DNA of 64,000 nucleotides from Candidatus Freyarchaeum deiterrae. Its GTDB lineage: Archaea > Asgardarchaeota > Jordiarchaeia > Jordiarchaeales > Jordiarchaeaceae. The position numbers were made by a program, and so were the translations under genes. Shown here piece by piece: positions 52,418 to 62,459 of this stretch. The notes under the pieces are model-generated. The model was not told the DNA's origin. It was given only the letters and a program-made list of their open reading frames with translations, and did no database searches. Position 1 is the first letter of the stretch, and each line of letters opens with the position of its first letter. Location: contig CP147778.1 in the NCBI GenBank assembly GCA_037305845.1, positions 1,664,001 to 1,728,000 on the forward strand. The letters run 5' to 3'.

Positions 52418-52606
52418 ATTTTTTGCTTTTGTTTCAAATCTATTTTTTTTAGATTTTTCGGATTCCAAATTGATAAATGAAAGTTATAGACGGCTATAGC
52501 TTTACTGTCAGCGAAACTTCGGAAATGTTCCTTCGATTAGGCCCCTTGAATTACTTGCTGTAACCTTCTTTTACTATACTACTAATCAAAAAGTTAATTG
52601 TGGAGT

Positions 52607-53398
52607 TCAGTCTAGAGCGGTTCCGCATTGCGGACAGAATCTTGCCACACGTGGTAGGCGGATTCCACACATTGGGCAGAAAAATTGTTGCTCATTCTCT
52701 GTTTCTTGAATCTTGTCGAAGTTTATTAAGTACTGAAAGAGATTTTTGAGAAACTGCGGATAAGGCTTTGTGAAATTGATTTCACTGGTTCCTACAAACA
52801 CTCCTTTTCCTAGCTTGGAGCAAACTAATACTGGAGTTATGATTTGGTAGGTTTTTACCAGTTTGACGGATTCGCTCATATTTTGTTTATATTTTGTGGT
52901 GTCCTTTCTGACTCTATTCACTATTACCTCCACGTTGGGCTCTACAGTGTATCCTCCGCTGGCACCGAGTGTTTCCACGTTTCTTAATAGGGGGTGTGTG
53001 CTTTGCCAAGTGATTTTTAGTCTCTCATCTATTAGAAAGCCCTTGTAATCTATTACGCCAAAATTTTTGAGTAGTTTACTGAATCCATTATCCTTAGTGA
53101 TCCCGCGTCCAATAGCTATGATAACCTTCCCCCCCTCCTCGACGAATCGGGTAATATCTTCTATTTCTGCTGCTGCAAAGGCATCCTGTTCACCGAATGG
53201 ATTCCCTATAATTAGAATGACGCAATCCTTCAAAACGCCTAACCTTATAGGTCGCGTTCTTATAGAAAAGAAGTTTATACCATTTGTAAGAAGAGCTATT
53301 GTTTTCTCCATTTTACTAAGTGTAATTCGCTCATTGTGTGATTCGTCGAGAAATATTTTTACCATATTATTAACCTTTTTCCGAAGAATTATATACAT
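52607..53398 (-). CDS. Hypothetical protein: GATase-like/DUF4350-like domain plus C-terminal zinc ribbon
   Basis: DESHNE, FVEEGG.V, FCPMCG...FCPQCG. Confidence 0.6.
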   Translation of the reverse strand: MYIILRKKVNNMVKIFLDESHNERITLSKMEKTIALLTNGINFFSIRTRPIRLGVLKDCVILIIGNPFGEQDAFAAAEIEDITRFVEEGGKVIIAIGRGITKDNGFSKLLKNFGVIDYKGFLIDERLKITWQSTHPLLRNVETLGASGGYTVEPNVEVIVNRVRKDTTKYKQNMSESVKLVKTYQIITPVLVCSKLGKGVFVGTSEINFTKPYPQFLKNLFQYLINFDKIQETENEQQFFCPMCGIRLPRVARFCPQCGTALD

Positions 53399-53483
53399 TT
53401 TCGATTCGGCAAAAATAACTTGACGCTTACTGGCTATTGGCGGGTTTCAATGGTTTCTGTGCTGATTGTTTTAGTGATATGGT

Positions 53484-53771
53484 TTAATGAGTTTTTTTCA
53501 ACTTTTTTATATCCTCTAGGAACTTTAGTAGTATTTTCGCTTTTTCATTTTCCTCGTTTAGTCTAACGATTCTCATCTGTTTCCATCTTGTTATTTCTTC
53601 AACCAAGTCTTGGTCTAAAAGTTGTTTTATGACTCTGCCTACGGTGCTATGTGCTACCTTTTCACGTTCTGCGATTTCTGATAGGTTGAATGCTTTGCCT
53701 TTGTTTTCAAGTAAAAACTGCAACACTCGGGTTTGGGCTTGGCTACTAAAAATCTCCTCTAATTCTCTCAA
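53484..53771 (-). CDS. Winged-helix DNA-binding protein
   Basis: FNLSEIA....VAHSTV..VI..L. Confidence 0.8.
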   Translation of the reverse strand: MRELEEIFSSQAQTRVLQFLLENKGKAFNLSEIAEREKVAHSTVGRVIKQLLDQDLVEEITRWKQMRIVRLNEENEKAKILLKFLEDIKKLKKTH

Positions 53772-53788
53772 TACTATTCACACCTGCT

Positions 53789-54478
53789 TCAGTATACGAT
53801 GCGTGTTCCTACATTCCCTCCAGCAATTATCTTTAGTATATTTTTAGGATCCTCTCCGTTGATTATCCATGTGGGGATTTTTGATCTCTCCAAAATCTTC
53901 AATGCGACAATGTCGAATAGTTCATATTTGCCTGCAAAAAAGCCTTTATCCTTACTTATCTCCTGAATTTCCTTAACTGTAACTCGGTCTAATTTTTGGG
54001 CATTTGGATCTTTCTTTGGGTCTCTGGTGTAAACACCATCTACGTTTGTTGCGTTTATTAATATGTCCGCTTTTATTCGCTCTGCGATGAGTGCCGCTAC
54101 TGCGTTGGTGGACTGTCCGGGTTGTAAACCGCCAACCACGACTATTTTTCCGGTGGCAGCGGCTTCTGCAACCTGTTGTAGAGTTTCTGGAATTGTGGGG
54201 TAAGCCTCTTTATCTAGAGCTCCAACCAATATTTGGGCGTTTAGTTGTGCAGCTCTTATTCCGATCTCATCGCATAGTCCTTCAGCAGCTCCTAGCTTAC
54301 GAGCGGCTTCGATATATTTCCTTGCGGTCTTACCACCGCCAACAACAATGGAGATTATCTCTGTGTTCTCTTTTCTAAGTTTTAGAATCACTTTGGCGTA
54401 TTCCTCAAATCTCTCTGTTCTTATGTTACCCTTCTCGTCTTGAATTAAGGAACCCCCTATTTTTAAAACGGTTCTCAT
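53789..54478 (-). CDS. pyrH: UMP kinase
   Basis: KIGGS, VGGGKTAR, PGQST, VDGVY..DP. Confidence 0.95.
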   Translation of the reverse strand: MRTVLKIGGSLIQDEKGNIRTERFEEYAKVILKLRKENTEIISIVVGGGKTARKYIEAARKLGAAEGLCDEIGIRAAQLNAQILVGALDKEAYPTIPETLQQVAEAAATGKIVVVGGLQPGQSTNAVAALIAERIKADILINATNVDGVYTRDPKKDPNAQKLDRVTVKEIQEISKDKGFFAGKYELFDIVALKILERSKIPTWIINGEDPKNILKIIAGGNVGTRIVY

Positions 54479-54890
54479 TCTATTGCACCACTCTTTATTC
54501 AAAGTAAAGTATATTATCAAATAAACTTCTTTGTATATTCTTGATAATTCTCATATATCCATTTTTTTATCAGAAACTTCTACACGAAGTCCGTCTGTTT
54601 TAGAGAATGTGTCCAAAAATTCTAAGAAAAGTTTAAGACTGTTAGTGCATTTTCATAATATGTCTTAGTTTATTTGAAGTGTTCAGAAAATTACTAATAA
54701 TAAAACTTTCTCTTTAAAAAAGAGCAAAGTGACTACTAATCGGAAAGACTGAGAAAAAGTATATAGTGTGTAAAAGTAGAACTCAGATTTCGATCTTTTA
54801 AGTAGGGAAAACTCATGCAGGTTTGACTTTCTTTTCTGGAGATAGGTAGCCACTACTATTTTTTGTTTAACCAAATTATAGAAGATAAAG

Positions 54891-56168
54891 GTGTTAGCAT
54901 TGGAATCGGAAGAGAAGAAAAGGACATCATTTGAAAGGTACAAGTTGAAGCAGATGCTTGAAGTCTTAGAGAAAAAGAAAGGTTTTCACACCGAGCTAGT
55001 GTCTCTATACATACCGCCAGATAGGCAAATCAGCGATGTTACAAATTATCTCAAATCAGAATATGGAACGTCGTCAAACATCAAGTCGAAGTCTACTAGG
55101 AAAAACGTGATGGATGCTATTTCAAAACTTTTAGCTCTACTTAAAAACGTTCCTAAACCGCCACCAACAGGTCTAGTTGTTTTCTGCGGGGCGATTCCCA
55201 CTAACGGTCAGGGTACAGAGAGAATGGAGATGACCACTATTGTTCCACCCGAACCTATTAAAATCTATAAATATCATTGCGATAACCAATTTTTCCTAGA
55301 TCCTCTCAAGGAGATGCTGGCTGAGAAAGAAACCTATGCTCTTATAGTTATTGATAGATCCGAAGCGGATTTCGCTATGCTGAAAGGAAGCCATTTGGAT
55401 ATTCTTAAAAAAATCACTTCCGGTGCCCCAGGAAAACATGATGCTGGAGGTCAGTCACAAAGAAGATTTGAAAGGCTAATTGAACAGGCTGGGCATGAAT
55501 TTTTCAAACGAGCCGGAGATTACGCCAACGAATTTTTCCTCCCAATTCCCGACCTGAAAGGATTACTAATAGGGGGGCCTGGTCAGTCCAAGGATAAATT
55601 CACAGAAGGCAGCTATCTTGACTATCGTTTAAAGAATGTCATTCTCGGGACTGTTGATATATCATATACGGGAAGCTCTGGAATTGATGAGTTAATTGAC
55701 CGATCCCAGGATATACTTCAAAACGTCCGATACTCTGAAGAGAAAGGTTTTGTGCAAAAGTTTCTAACAATGCTTGTAAAAGATGATAGCCTAGTAACCT
55801 ACGGTGAAAGACAAGTTCGAGAAGCCCTTGCTAGAGGCGCTGTAGGCACCTTACTGCTATCCGAAGATCTTGACACATTACACGTTACGATTAGTTGCTC
55901 TAACTGCAATTATAAAGAAGAACTGACAATTAAAAAAGTCCAATTACCTCCGCTGGAACAAGAAATTCATAATAAGAGCTGCCCTAAATGCTCCAGTTCT
56001 CTGTTATCAATTGAAACAGTAAAACCATTAATCGATGAACTGGGGGAGCTTGCTGAACAAACAGGAGCAAACGTGGAAGTAATCTCCTCAGAGACAGAAG
56101 AAGGACAACAGCTGAAGCAGGCATTCGGCGGCATCGCGGCATTGTTACGTTATAGTGTAAATAGTTAA
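54891..56168 (+). CDS. prf1: Peptide chain release factor aRF1
   Basis: SNIKS, YHCD, GGQS motifs. Confidence 0.97.
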   Translation: MLALESEEKKRTSFERYKLKQMLEVLEKKKGFHTELVSLYIPPDRQISDVTNYLKSEYGTSSNIKSKSTRKNVMDAISKLLALLKNVPKPPPTGLVVFCGAIPTNGQGTERMEMTTIVPPEPIKIYKYHCDNQFFLDPLKEMLAEKETYALIVIDRSEADFAMLKGSHLDILKKITSGAPGKHDAGGQSQRRFERLIEQAGHEFFKRAGDYANEFFLPIPDLKGLLIGGPGQSKDKFTEGSYLDYRLKNVILGTVDISYTGSSGIDELIDRSQDILQNVRYSEEKGFVQKFLTMLVKDDSLVTYGERQVREALARGAVGTLLLSEDLDTLHVTISCSNCNYKEELTIKKVQLPPLEQEIHNKSCPKCSSSLLSIETVKPLIDELGELAEQTGANVEVISSETEEGQQLKQAFGGIAALLRYSVNS

Positions 56169-56703
56169 TCTATTAGCCTAAGAAAAATATCGTTAAAAAA
56201 AATTTTTTCAAATCCTTTTTCAGCGGCGTTAAATGATTCAAGTATTTTAGATATTACGAAAATTAAAAGGAGTGAAAGAGGAGAGAAGAGTTCTCTCCTC
56301 GGGAAATGTCGTTCGGGGGTCTCCTTATTGGATGGTGGTGGGGGCATGATTTTTTTGTTGGTAGGGGGTTATCATGATACTGTAGCTTAGCTACAAACAT
56401 TATTATTATGTATAATTTATGTTGTTCCACTACATAAATATTTTGGTTTCCATAGTCAAAATTAATATCGTTCAAAAAAGGTTTCATTATATATATCCTT
56501 TTTATAAATTTAAAATGTTAAAACATACTATATTTTTGGATAATGTATTAAAGCGACAGAAAAACTTAAATTTTGAAAAAATAAGCCTATCTTTATAAAG
56601 TAGTAGCCTACTACACTTTCACAATCCACAGAACGAGGGAAAAAAGCAGAAATTCTTAAACTACAAAATGAAGAATTTCTAATATCTTTGGAACTCCAAT
56701 TCT

Positions 56704-57549
56704 GTGCAGCAAAAAAAAGTGATTATAATGAGCACGGTCGAAAAAGAAAAAGTATTAGACCTTATGCAAAAGGTCGGATTCACAGATTATGAAGCCAGAG
56801 TATACATAACACTGGTTACCGAAGGCTCCCTAAACCCTACACAGCTATCAAACCTCTCGGGAGTCCCTCGGCCAAATGTCTATGCAGTTCTGAAAAAACT
56901 AATGAGAAGAGGATTTGCAGAGAGGGAAGCTGTGAAACGCGCCCCCCTCTACTCCGCAGTCCCACCAGATATAGTCCTATCGAACATAAAAGAAGACATG
57001 AAAAACAGAGAACAACACACCGACACCCTAAAAAAATGGTTCCAAGAAGGACTGGTCGTTGCACCAGGAAGAACACCAACCGCTTGGTTAATAGACGGAG
57101 AAAAGAGAATAAACGAAATAGCCGAAGAACTACTTGAACGCTCAAAAAACCGCATCCACACCATAATAACACCAACAATATTCAAATCAAACAAGGAACC
57201 GAACATCATATTCAAAACACTGGAAGAAAAAGCTGAACAAAACGTCGAAATCATAGCTGGATGGAACATTGAAAAAAGCACTCTAGAAATAGCACAAAGG
57301 CTAAGCCGCCACGGGACAATATACCACTGGTCACTCGGAGAGACTCCCATAGGAACTTACATAGTAGATGGAAAGGACTGCTTAGTTACCTTTATAGGAA
57401 AATGGGAACCACTACTCGTATACGATCTAGGAATATGGATCAGAAACCCGACATACGTAAAACCATTCGAATACCTAACAGAAAGACTGCTATCACTCAA
57501 CACACCCGCAAAAAAAAGGATAGAAGAACTGAAAAAACAACAAACATAA
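56704..57549 (+). CDS. TrmB-family transcriptional regulator
   Basis: G.TDYEARVY..L, SGVPR..VY.VL, IVDG. Confidence 0.9.
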   Translation: MQQKKVIIMSTVEKEKVLDLMQKVGFTDYEARVYITLVTEGSLNPTQLSNLSGVPRPNVYAVLKKLMRRGFAEREAVKRAPLYSAVPPDIVLSNIKEDMKNREQHTDTLKKWFQEGLVVAPGRTPTAWLIDGEKRINEIAEELLERSKNRIHTIITPTIFKSNKEPNIIFKTLEEKAEQNVEIIAGWNIEKSTLEIAQRLSRHGTIYHWSLGETPIGTYIVDGKDCLVTFIGKWEPLLVYDLGIWIRNPTYVKPFEYLTERLLSLNTPAKKRIEELKKQQT

Positions 57550-57787
57550 AAACACAAAATAAAAAGCCTAAAGAATGCAAAGAAAACACGAAAACAGCTA
57601 AGCTTTGATTTTAACGTAAATAATCACCCCCTTAAAAGGCTAAAAAAGTGATTATTATCAAAAAATAGGGTTCAAGCCAAGCTCTTACAATAGGGCAACG
57701 AAAAGTACTTAAAAGTTTAACAATTAAGTATCATCTGAATACAAAAATTTTTTAAAAATTAAAAACCCTTACTCTGAGGCAATCTCC

Positions 57788-58330
57788 ATGCCCGAAGAAT
57801 CTGAAGAATTTATGTACAAAGTAGTAATAGTAGGAGACGAAAACGTAGGAAAAACCTCAATATTAGTAAGATATACAGAAAAAAAGTTCGTGGAGTCTTA
57901 CATCCCCACTCTTGGGACTGATTTCGCCGTTAAGGTTGTGGAGCTTGAGGGTAATGATAATACACGGAAATCGATTAAGTTGGCATGTTGGGATTTAGGT
58001 GGCCAAGAACAGTATCGGACTTTACGTAAGTTCTATTTAAGCGGTGCTCGTGGATGCATTATTGTTTTTGATGTAACTGATCTATCTTCTTTTGAACATA
58101 TTCTGAACTGGCATAAGGATGTTACTAACATTTGTGGTGAAGTTCCTTGTTTTCTTATCGGGAACAAGACAGATTTAAAAAAGGATAGACGGGTTTCCAA
58201 AGAAGTCAGTTCTGAGTTGGCTTCCAAACTGGGTTTAGAATTTTTCGAGACATCAGCTAAAACAGGAGAAAAAGTTGATGATGTTTTTGAGGTCATGGCG
58301 AGGAGACTGTATGAAACCTATATGACCTAA
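57788..58330 (+). CDS. Small GTPase, Rab-like
   Basis: GDENVGKTS, PTLG.DF, WDLGGQE.Y, GNKTDL, ETSAK. Confidence 0.92.
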   Translation: MPEESEEFMYKVVIVGDENVGKTSILVRYTEKKFVESYIPTLGTDFAVKVVELEGNDNTRKSIKLACWDLGGQEQYRTLRKFYLSGARGCIIVFDVTDLSSFEHILNWHKDVTNICGEVPCFLIGNKTDLKKDRRVSKEVSSELASKLGLEFFETSAKTGEKVDDVFEVMARRLYETYMT

Positions 58331-58396
58331 TTATATTTTATTTTTGGATAATTGTTTAGATACTATGTTCAACTGATAATAGTTTTTACTCTGTTT

Positions 58397-60856
58397 CTAT
58401 GTGATTTTTAGATGTATTTCTTTTTCGTCGATTTGGTAGGTTTTAAGGTTCTTCTCTAAGGGCTTTCGGTCTGTGAATGTGATTTGTTGTATGTTGTGCA
58501 TTTGTTTAAGGTCCGGTGAGTATGGTTCTAGTTCTTTAGGTAGATTGGCGTACTGTATTGGTTGTCTTAGAGACACTCCTGCTTCCTTTTTGGCTTTCCA
58601 TATGGCGGAGTTGGTTTTGATTATTAGTGGTGTTGTATCTTGGGTTTCTATTAGTTTGCGGTTGATTTTTGGGAATTCTTGATTGTGTATGCTCTCGCTG
58701 CTGTAGATGTTTCTCCATATGTAGTCTGTTATAAAGGGTGCGATTGGTGCCAGCAGTTTCAGTATTGTTCTGAGGCATTGATGAAGTATCCATTTGGCGT
58801 TCTCTTGTTCTGTTTCCGGAAAATCTCTGTTCCGGTTATAGGCTCTCGTTTTGATCATTTCTATTATATGGTTTGCGAAGGTGCTCCAGACAAAGTTGTA
58901 AATTGCTTCCGATCCTATGTGGAAGTCAAATGTTTCGTAACTTTCGGTCACCTTTTCAATTAGCTTGTTTAGCTCTGAGAGTATCCATTTGTCAGTGGCT
59001 TCAAGTCTGTACTCTCCTCTTTCAGGTTCTGGGAATGTAGATATGAATCTCGCAACATTGTACAACTTGTTAATGAACTTGCTTATTCCCTCTAGACGCT
59101 TTTCGTCAAATCTGACGTCGCTACCTAGGGATGAGCTTATTGCGCCGTATAATCTCACCGCATCCGCGCCGTATTTTTCGATTAGGGGTTCTGGAAAGAT
59201 TACGTTTCCGAGGCTCTTTGAAAGCTTCCTCCCCTCCGCATCCACCACATGTCCACTTATCCACACGTGTTTGAATGCGGGTTTTTTATAGAGCTGATAT
59301 ACTCGGAGTAGTGTGTAGCTCAGCCATGTGCCAATGATATCTCTACCCTGAGGCCGAATGTCTGACACATAGTCTTTCCCAACCTGCTTTTCAAAGAACT
59401 CTCTATCTTCTGACTCATATGGATACCTGATTATGTATAAGGGGCTGATTGAGGAGTCCATCCAAGTGTCCAGTGTACGCGTTTCGCCTTCAAATCCTTT
59501 GGTAGAGCCGCATTTTTTGCACTTTTTGAAAGGTGCTTTTTCTCTCCAAGGTTGATAATATTTTCCAGGTTCTGGTAAGTGTGGTTCTCCACACGATTTA
59601 CAGTACCATATCGGTATCTCCGTTCCATAATATCTCCGCCGAGATATTGGCCAATCCATACTAATTGAATTCAACCAATCAAGCCAGAGCTTTTTCGCAG
59701 AGGAAGGATGCCAAGTTATATCCTCAGTGAACTGCCTTAACGGGTCAATAAAATCCAACTGTTTGAGATAGTACTCTTTCATTCCCACAAACTCTATGGG
59801 TGTTTTACTTCTCCAGCATATCGGTTGACTCTGCTCCACTTCCTCCTTCTTTATTAAGAGCCCTTCCCCTTCTAAATCTTTAATAATAGCTTTCCTCGCT
59901 TCTTCCACTTTCATACCATTGTACTTGCCAGCTGCTTCCGTCATGTAGCCATCCTTGTCAATAGAATAAGTGGGTTCAAGATTTAATTCCCTGAATAGCC
60001 GTAAATCGGTCACATCTCCATAGGAGCAAACCATTTCTACTCCAGTGCCAAACTCTGGTTTAGCTGAGGGATGCGGAATGATACTAACCTCTTTGTTATA
60101 AAATGGTGTGACTGCAGTTTTCTCATGTAAATGCTTATGCCTCTCATCATCTGGATTAACTAGAACCGCACCACATGCACATATTAGTTCGGGTCTGGTC
60201 GTAGCGATACCCAGTTTCTCACCGGTCTCCTTAACTTTAAAACTGATTGTAAAAAGACCAGTCGCCCGGTCTCTACGTTCTACCTCCGCATCTGCAATAA
60301 CTGTTTGGCAATCGGTACACCAACTGTTCGGGCGGTCATCCTCGTAAATTAGTCCCTCGTTCCAAAGCTGAATAAAGGTTGCCTGCGTCAAAGCACGATA
60401 AGTCGCATGGTCAGTTTTGTATATCTCCTCCCACTTCCAAGAATTATTCGAAAAACCAAGCCCCTTACAAATACCCAGAATGGAATCTCCGACCTTATCG
60501 AGGTACTCCTTACACTTAGCAATAAAATCCTCCCGCGGGGTCTCCCGCATCTTAATCCCAAACTCCTTCTCCACACTAACCTCAACGGGCAACCCGTTAC
60601 GATCCAAACCAAACTTATAGAGAACCCCGTACCCCTTCATCCTCATAAAACGAGCAATATAATCAATCGCAGAGTAGTGAACAGCACCACCAACATGCCA
60701 TCTCCCAGAAACATAAGGAGGAGGATTATCAATAATAAAAATAGGCTTACCACTATCCTTCTCAAATTTGTAAACTCCCTCAGTCTGCCAAAGATCCCAA
60801 ATCTCAGACTCCTTACTGAGATCCCACTTATTACTCTTAAGACTAGGTTCACTCAA
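58397..60856 (-). CDS. valS: Valyl-tRNA synthetase
   Basis: DNPPP..SG..HVG, ATTRPE, DWPISRRRYYG, KLSKS. Confidence 0.95.
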   Translation of the reverse strand: MSEPSLKSNKWDLSKESEIWDLWQTEGVYKFEKDSGKPIFIIDNPPPYVSGRWHVGGAVHYSAIDYIARFMRMKGYGVLYKFGLDRNGLPVEVSVEKEFGIKMRETPREDFIAKCKEYLDKVGDSILGICKGLGFSNNSWKWEEIYKTDHATYRALTQATFIQLWNEGLIYEDDRPNSWCTDCQTVIADAEVERRDRATGLFTISFKVKETGEKLGIATTRPELICACGAVLVNPDDERHKHLHEKTAVTPFYNKEVSIIPHPSAKPEFGTGVEMVCSYGDVTDLRLFRELNLEPTYSIDKDGYMTEAAGKYNGMKVEEARKAIIKDLEGEGLLIKKEEVEQSQPICWRSKTPIEFVGMKEYYLKQLDFIDPLRQFTEDITWHPSSAKKLWLDWLNSISMDWPISRRRYYGTEIPIWYCKSCGEPHLPEPGKYYQPWREKAPFKKCKKCGSTKGFEGETRTLDTWMDSSISPLYIIRYPYESEDREFFEKQVGKDYVSDIRPQGRDIIGTWLSYTLLRVYQLYKKPAFKHVWISGHVVDAEGRKLSKSLGNVIFPEPLIEKYGADAVRLYGAISSSLGSDVRFDEKRLEGISKFINKLYNVARFISTFPEPERGEYRLEATDKWILSELNKLIEKVTESYETFDFHIGSEAIYNFVWSTFANHIIEMIKTRAYNRNRDFPETEQENAKWILHQCLRTILKLLAPIAPFITDYIWRNIYSSESIHNQEFPKINRKLIETQDTTPLIIKTNSAIWKAKKEAGVSLRQPIQYANLPKELEPYSPDLKQMHNIQQITFTDRKPLEKNLKTYQIDEKEIHLKIT

Positions 60857-61051
60857 TTCAAATACCCTCTACACACTGTATTAATTTAACCAATTGACAA
60901 TCGCCAGACCAAACAATCAACTATATTATATTCTCCAAAATCATAAGCAAAAATGCTTTAAATAGTTTAGGGAGAAAGAACTTTATAATTGGAAAAATTA
61001 AAATACCACAAAAATATAAAAAGACCACAGCAGAAAAAAAGACGAATAGTC

Positions 61052-61167
61052 GGGCCCTTAACTCAGCTGGTAGACCCTTAAAAAGCCTTTTAAGGAACGC
61101 CAGGAGTACCTGATTCGCATTCAGAAAATTCAGGAAGCCGCGAGTTCGAATCTCGCAGGGTCCACCA
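61052..61167 (+). tRNA. tRNA-Ala(CGC) with a 31-nt intron (61074-61104) and a 9-nt insert (61120-61128)
   Basis: Acceptor GGGCCCT/AGGGTCC with G3:U70; CCA; 76 nt after removal. Confidence 0.88.
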
Positions 61168-61312
61168 CTTTTTTACTCCCGTCATGTTATCAAGACTTGA
61201 TCTAACAAGTTCTCTATTTTTAAGTGGCAAAACATTATCGGAGAATATTTCGCAAATTAAATGCGTTAAGTGAAATTTGCTTAAAGCTAGAATTTAGCAA
61301 AAATTAGATAAG

Positions 61313-61443
61313 TGGTGGACCCAGTGGGAGACTCGCCGTTGAGAGTTACCTCAACCGATTCGAACCCACGGCCGACTGGCTGCAAACCAGTCGCTTTAAG
61401 CTTGCGCTTACTTAAGCGGAATCTACCGCTGAGCTATGGGCCC
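61313..61443 (-). tRNA. tRNA-Ala(TGC) with two introns: 61396-61422, 61330-61358
   Basis: Acceptor GGGCCCA/TGGGTCC with G3:U70; CCA; 75 nt after removal. Confidence 0.92.
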
Positions 61444-61697
61444 ATTTTTTTCTTGTTATTTTAGTTTCTGTTGTGGTATTTTAGCTTTTCGAAAAGCTAA
61501 GTTCCTCTTATTCAGACACAAATAACTAATCCTCTTGAGACTATTTTTGTGTTCATCTTGATGTTCTTTGATCCCTACATTATTTTAGCCAAAGAAAAAT
61601 ATCACTAAGAACGCGTTTAAAAAACTTTTTATTGTTGAAGAAATAAACAAGCTAACTTTTGATATGAGTGTATAATTTTTGGGATTTTGTATAGTTT

Positions 61698-62249
61698 TTA
61701 TTTTAGGATTACATAGGTGATTGTTTTTGTGACTCCTTTAACTTTTTTAAGTTCGTCGAGGCGTTTGTTTAGTTCTGCTACGTCTTTGCTTTCTATGAAT
61801 GCAACTATGTCGTGTTTGCCGCTTATTTCGTAGATTTTTTTGACCGCTGGATTTTTTAACAGAGCTTGGGCGACTTTGGAGGTCTGGTATCCGGTGCTGG
61901 AGATGACCATAACCATTGTTTGAATCTCTTTTGGGGTTTCTTCTTTGCGTTTAATGCACATTTCGGTTAGGATTATTCGTGTTTCCGTGGATGCGACGCC
62001 TTTGGTTTCTCTGATTAGGTCTACGCTTTCGTTTAGTTCCTTAATTGATTTGGCTTTTACGAAGGCTACGGCGTCGAACTCGCCGCTGACCTCGTTTATG
62101 CTCGTTACCCCTGGTATCTCAGAGATGTCTTTGATTATATTGTTGGAGCTGCCGCCTGCAGCCGTGTCCACCATCACTAGGGCTTCTACTCCTTCAGGGG
62201 TTCGTAAACATAGATCCGCAGAAACAGTATCAGACATAGATTTCACCAA
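61698..62249 (-). CDS. Tandem Lrp/AsnC RAM-domain protein without HTH
   Basis: Two repeats of EVSG.FD...ELN..D.....GV..T.T. Confidence 0.85.
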   Translation of the reverse strand: MVKSMSDTVSADLCLRTPEGVEALVMVDTAAGGSSNNIIKDISEIPGVTSINEVSGEFDAVAFVKAKSIKELNESVDLIRETKGVASTETRIILTEMCIKRKEETPKEIQTMVMVISSTGYQTSKVAQALLKNPAVKKIYEISGKHDIVAFIESKDVAELNKRLDELKKVKGVTKTITYVILK

Positions 62250-62459
62250 TCTTTTTTAATCTACAATCAAGTTTGTAACTCCCCCCATAAATATAACACT
62301 TTTCCAAGTCATAGCATGAAAACTTGTTTTGCCTAAGGAGGATTGAAGTGGATACTTTACTCCTGCAATTTTAACGCGTCAAGCTAGTCGCCTTCTAAGT
62401 AAATTCCTCATGTATTAACATGGAAGGTAGTTAGTTTTAATTAGACCTGAATTTGTTTC

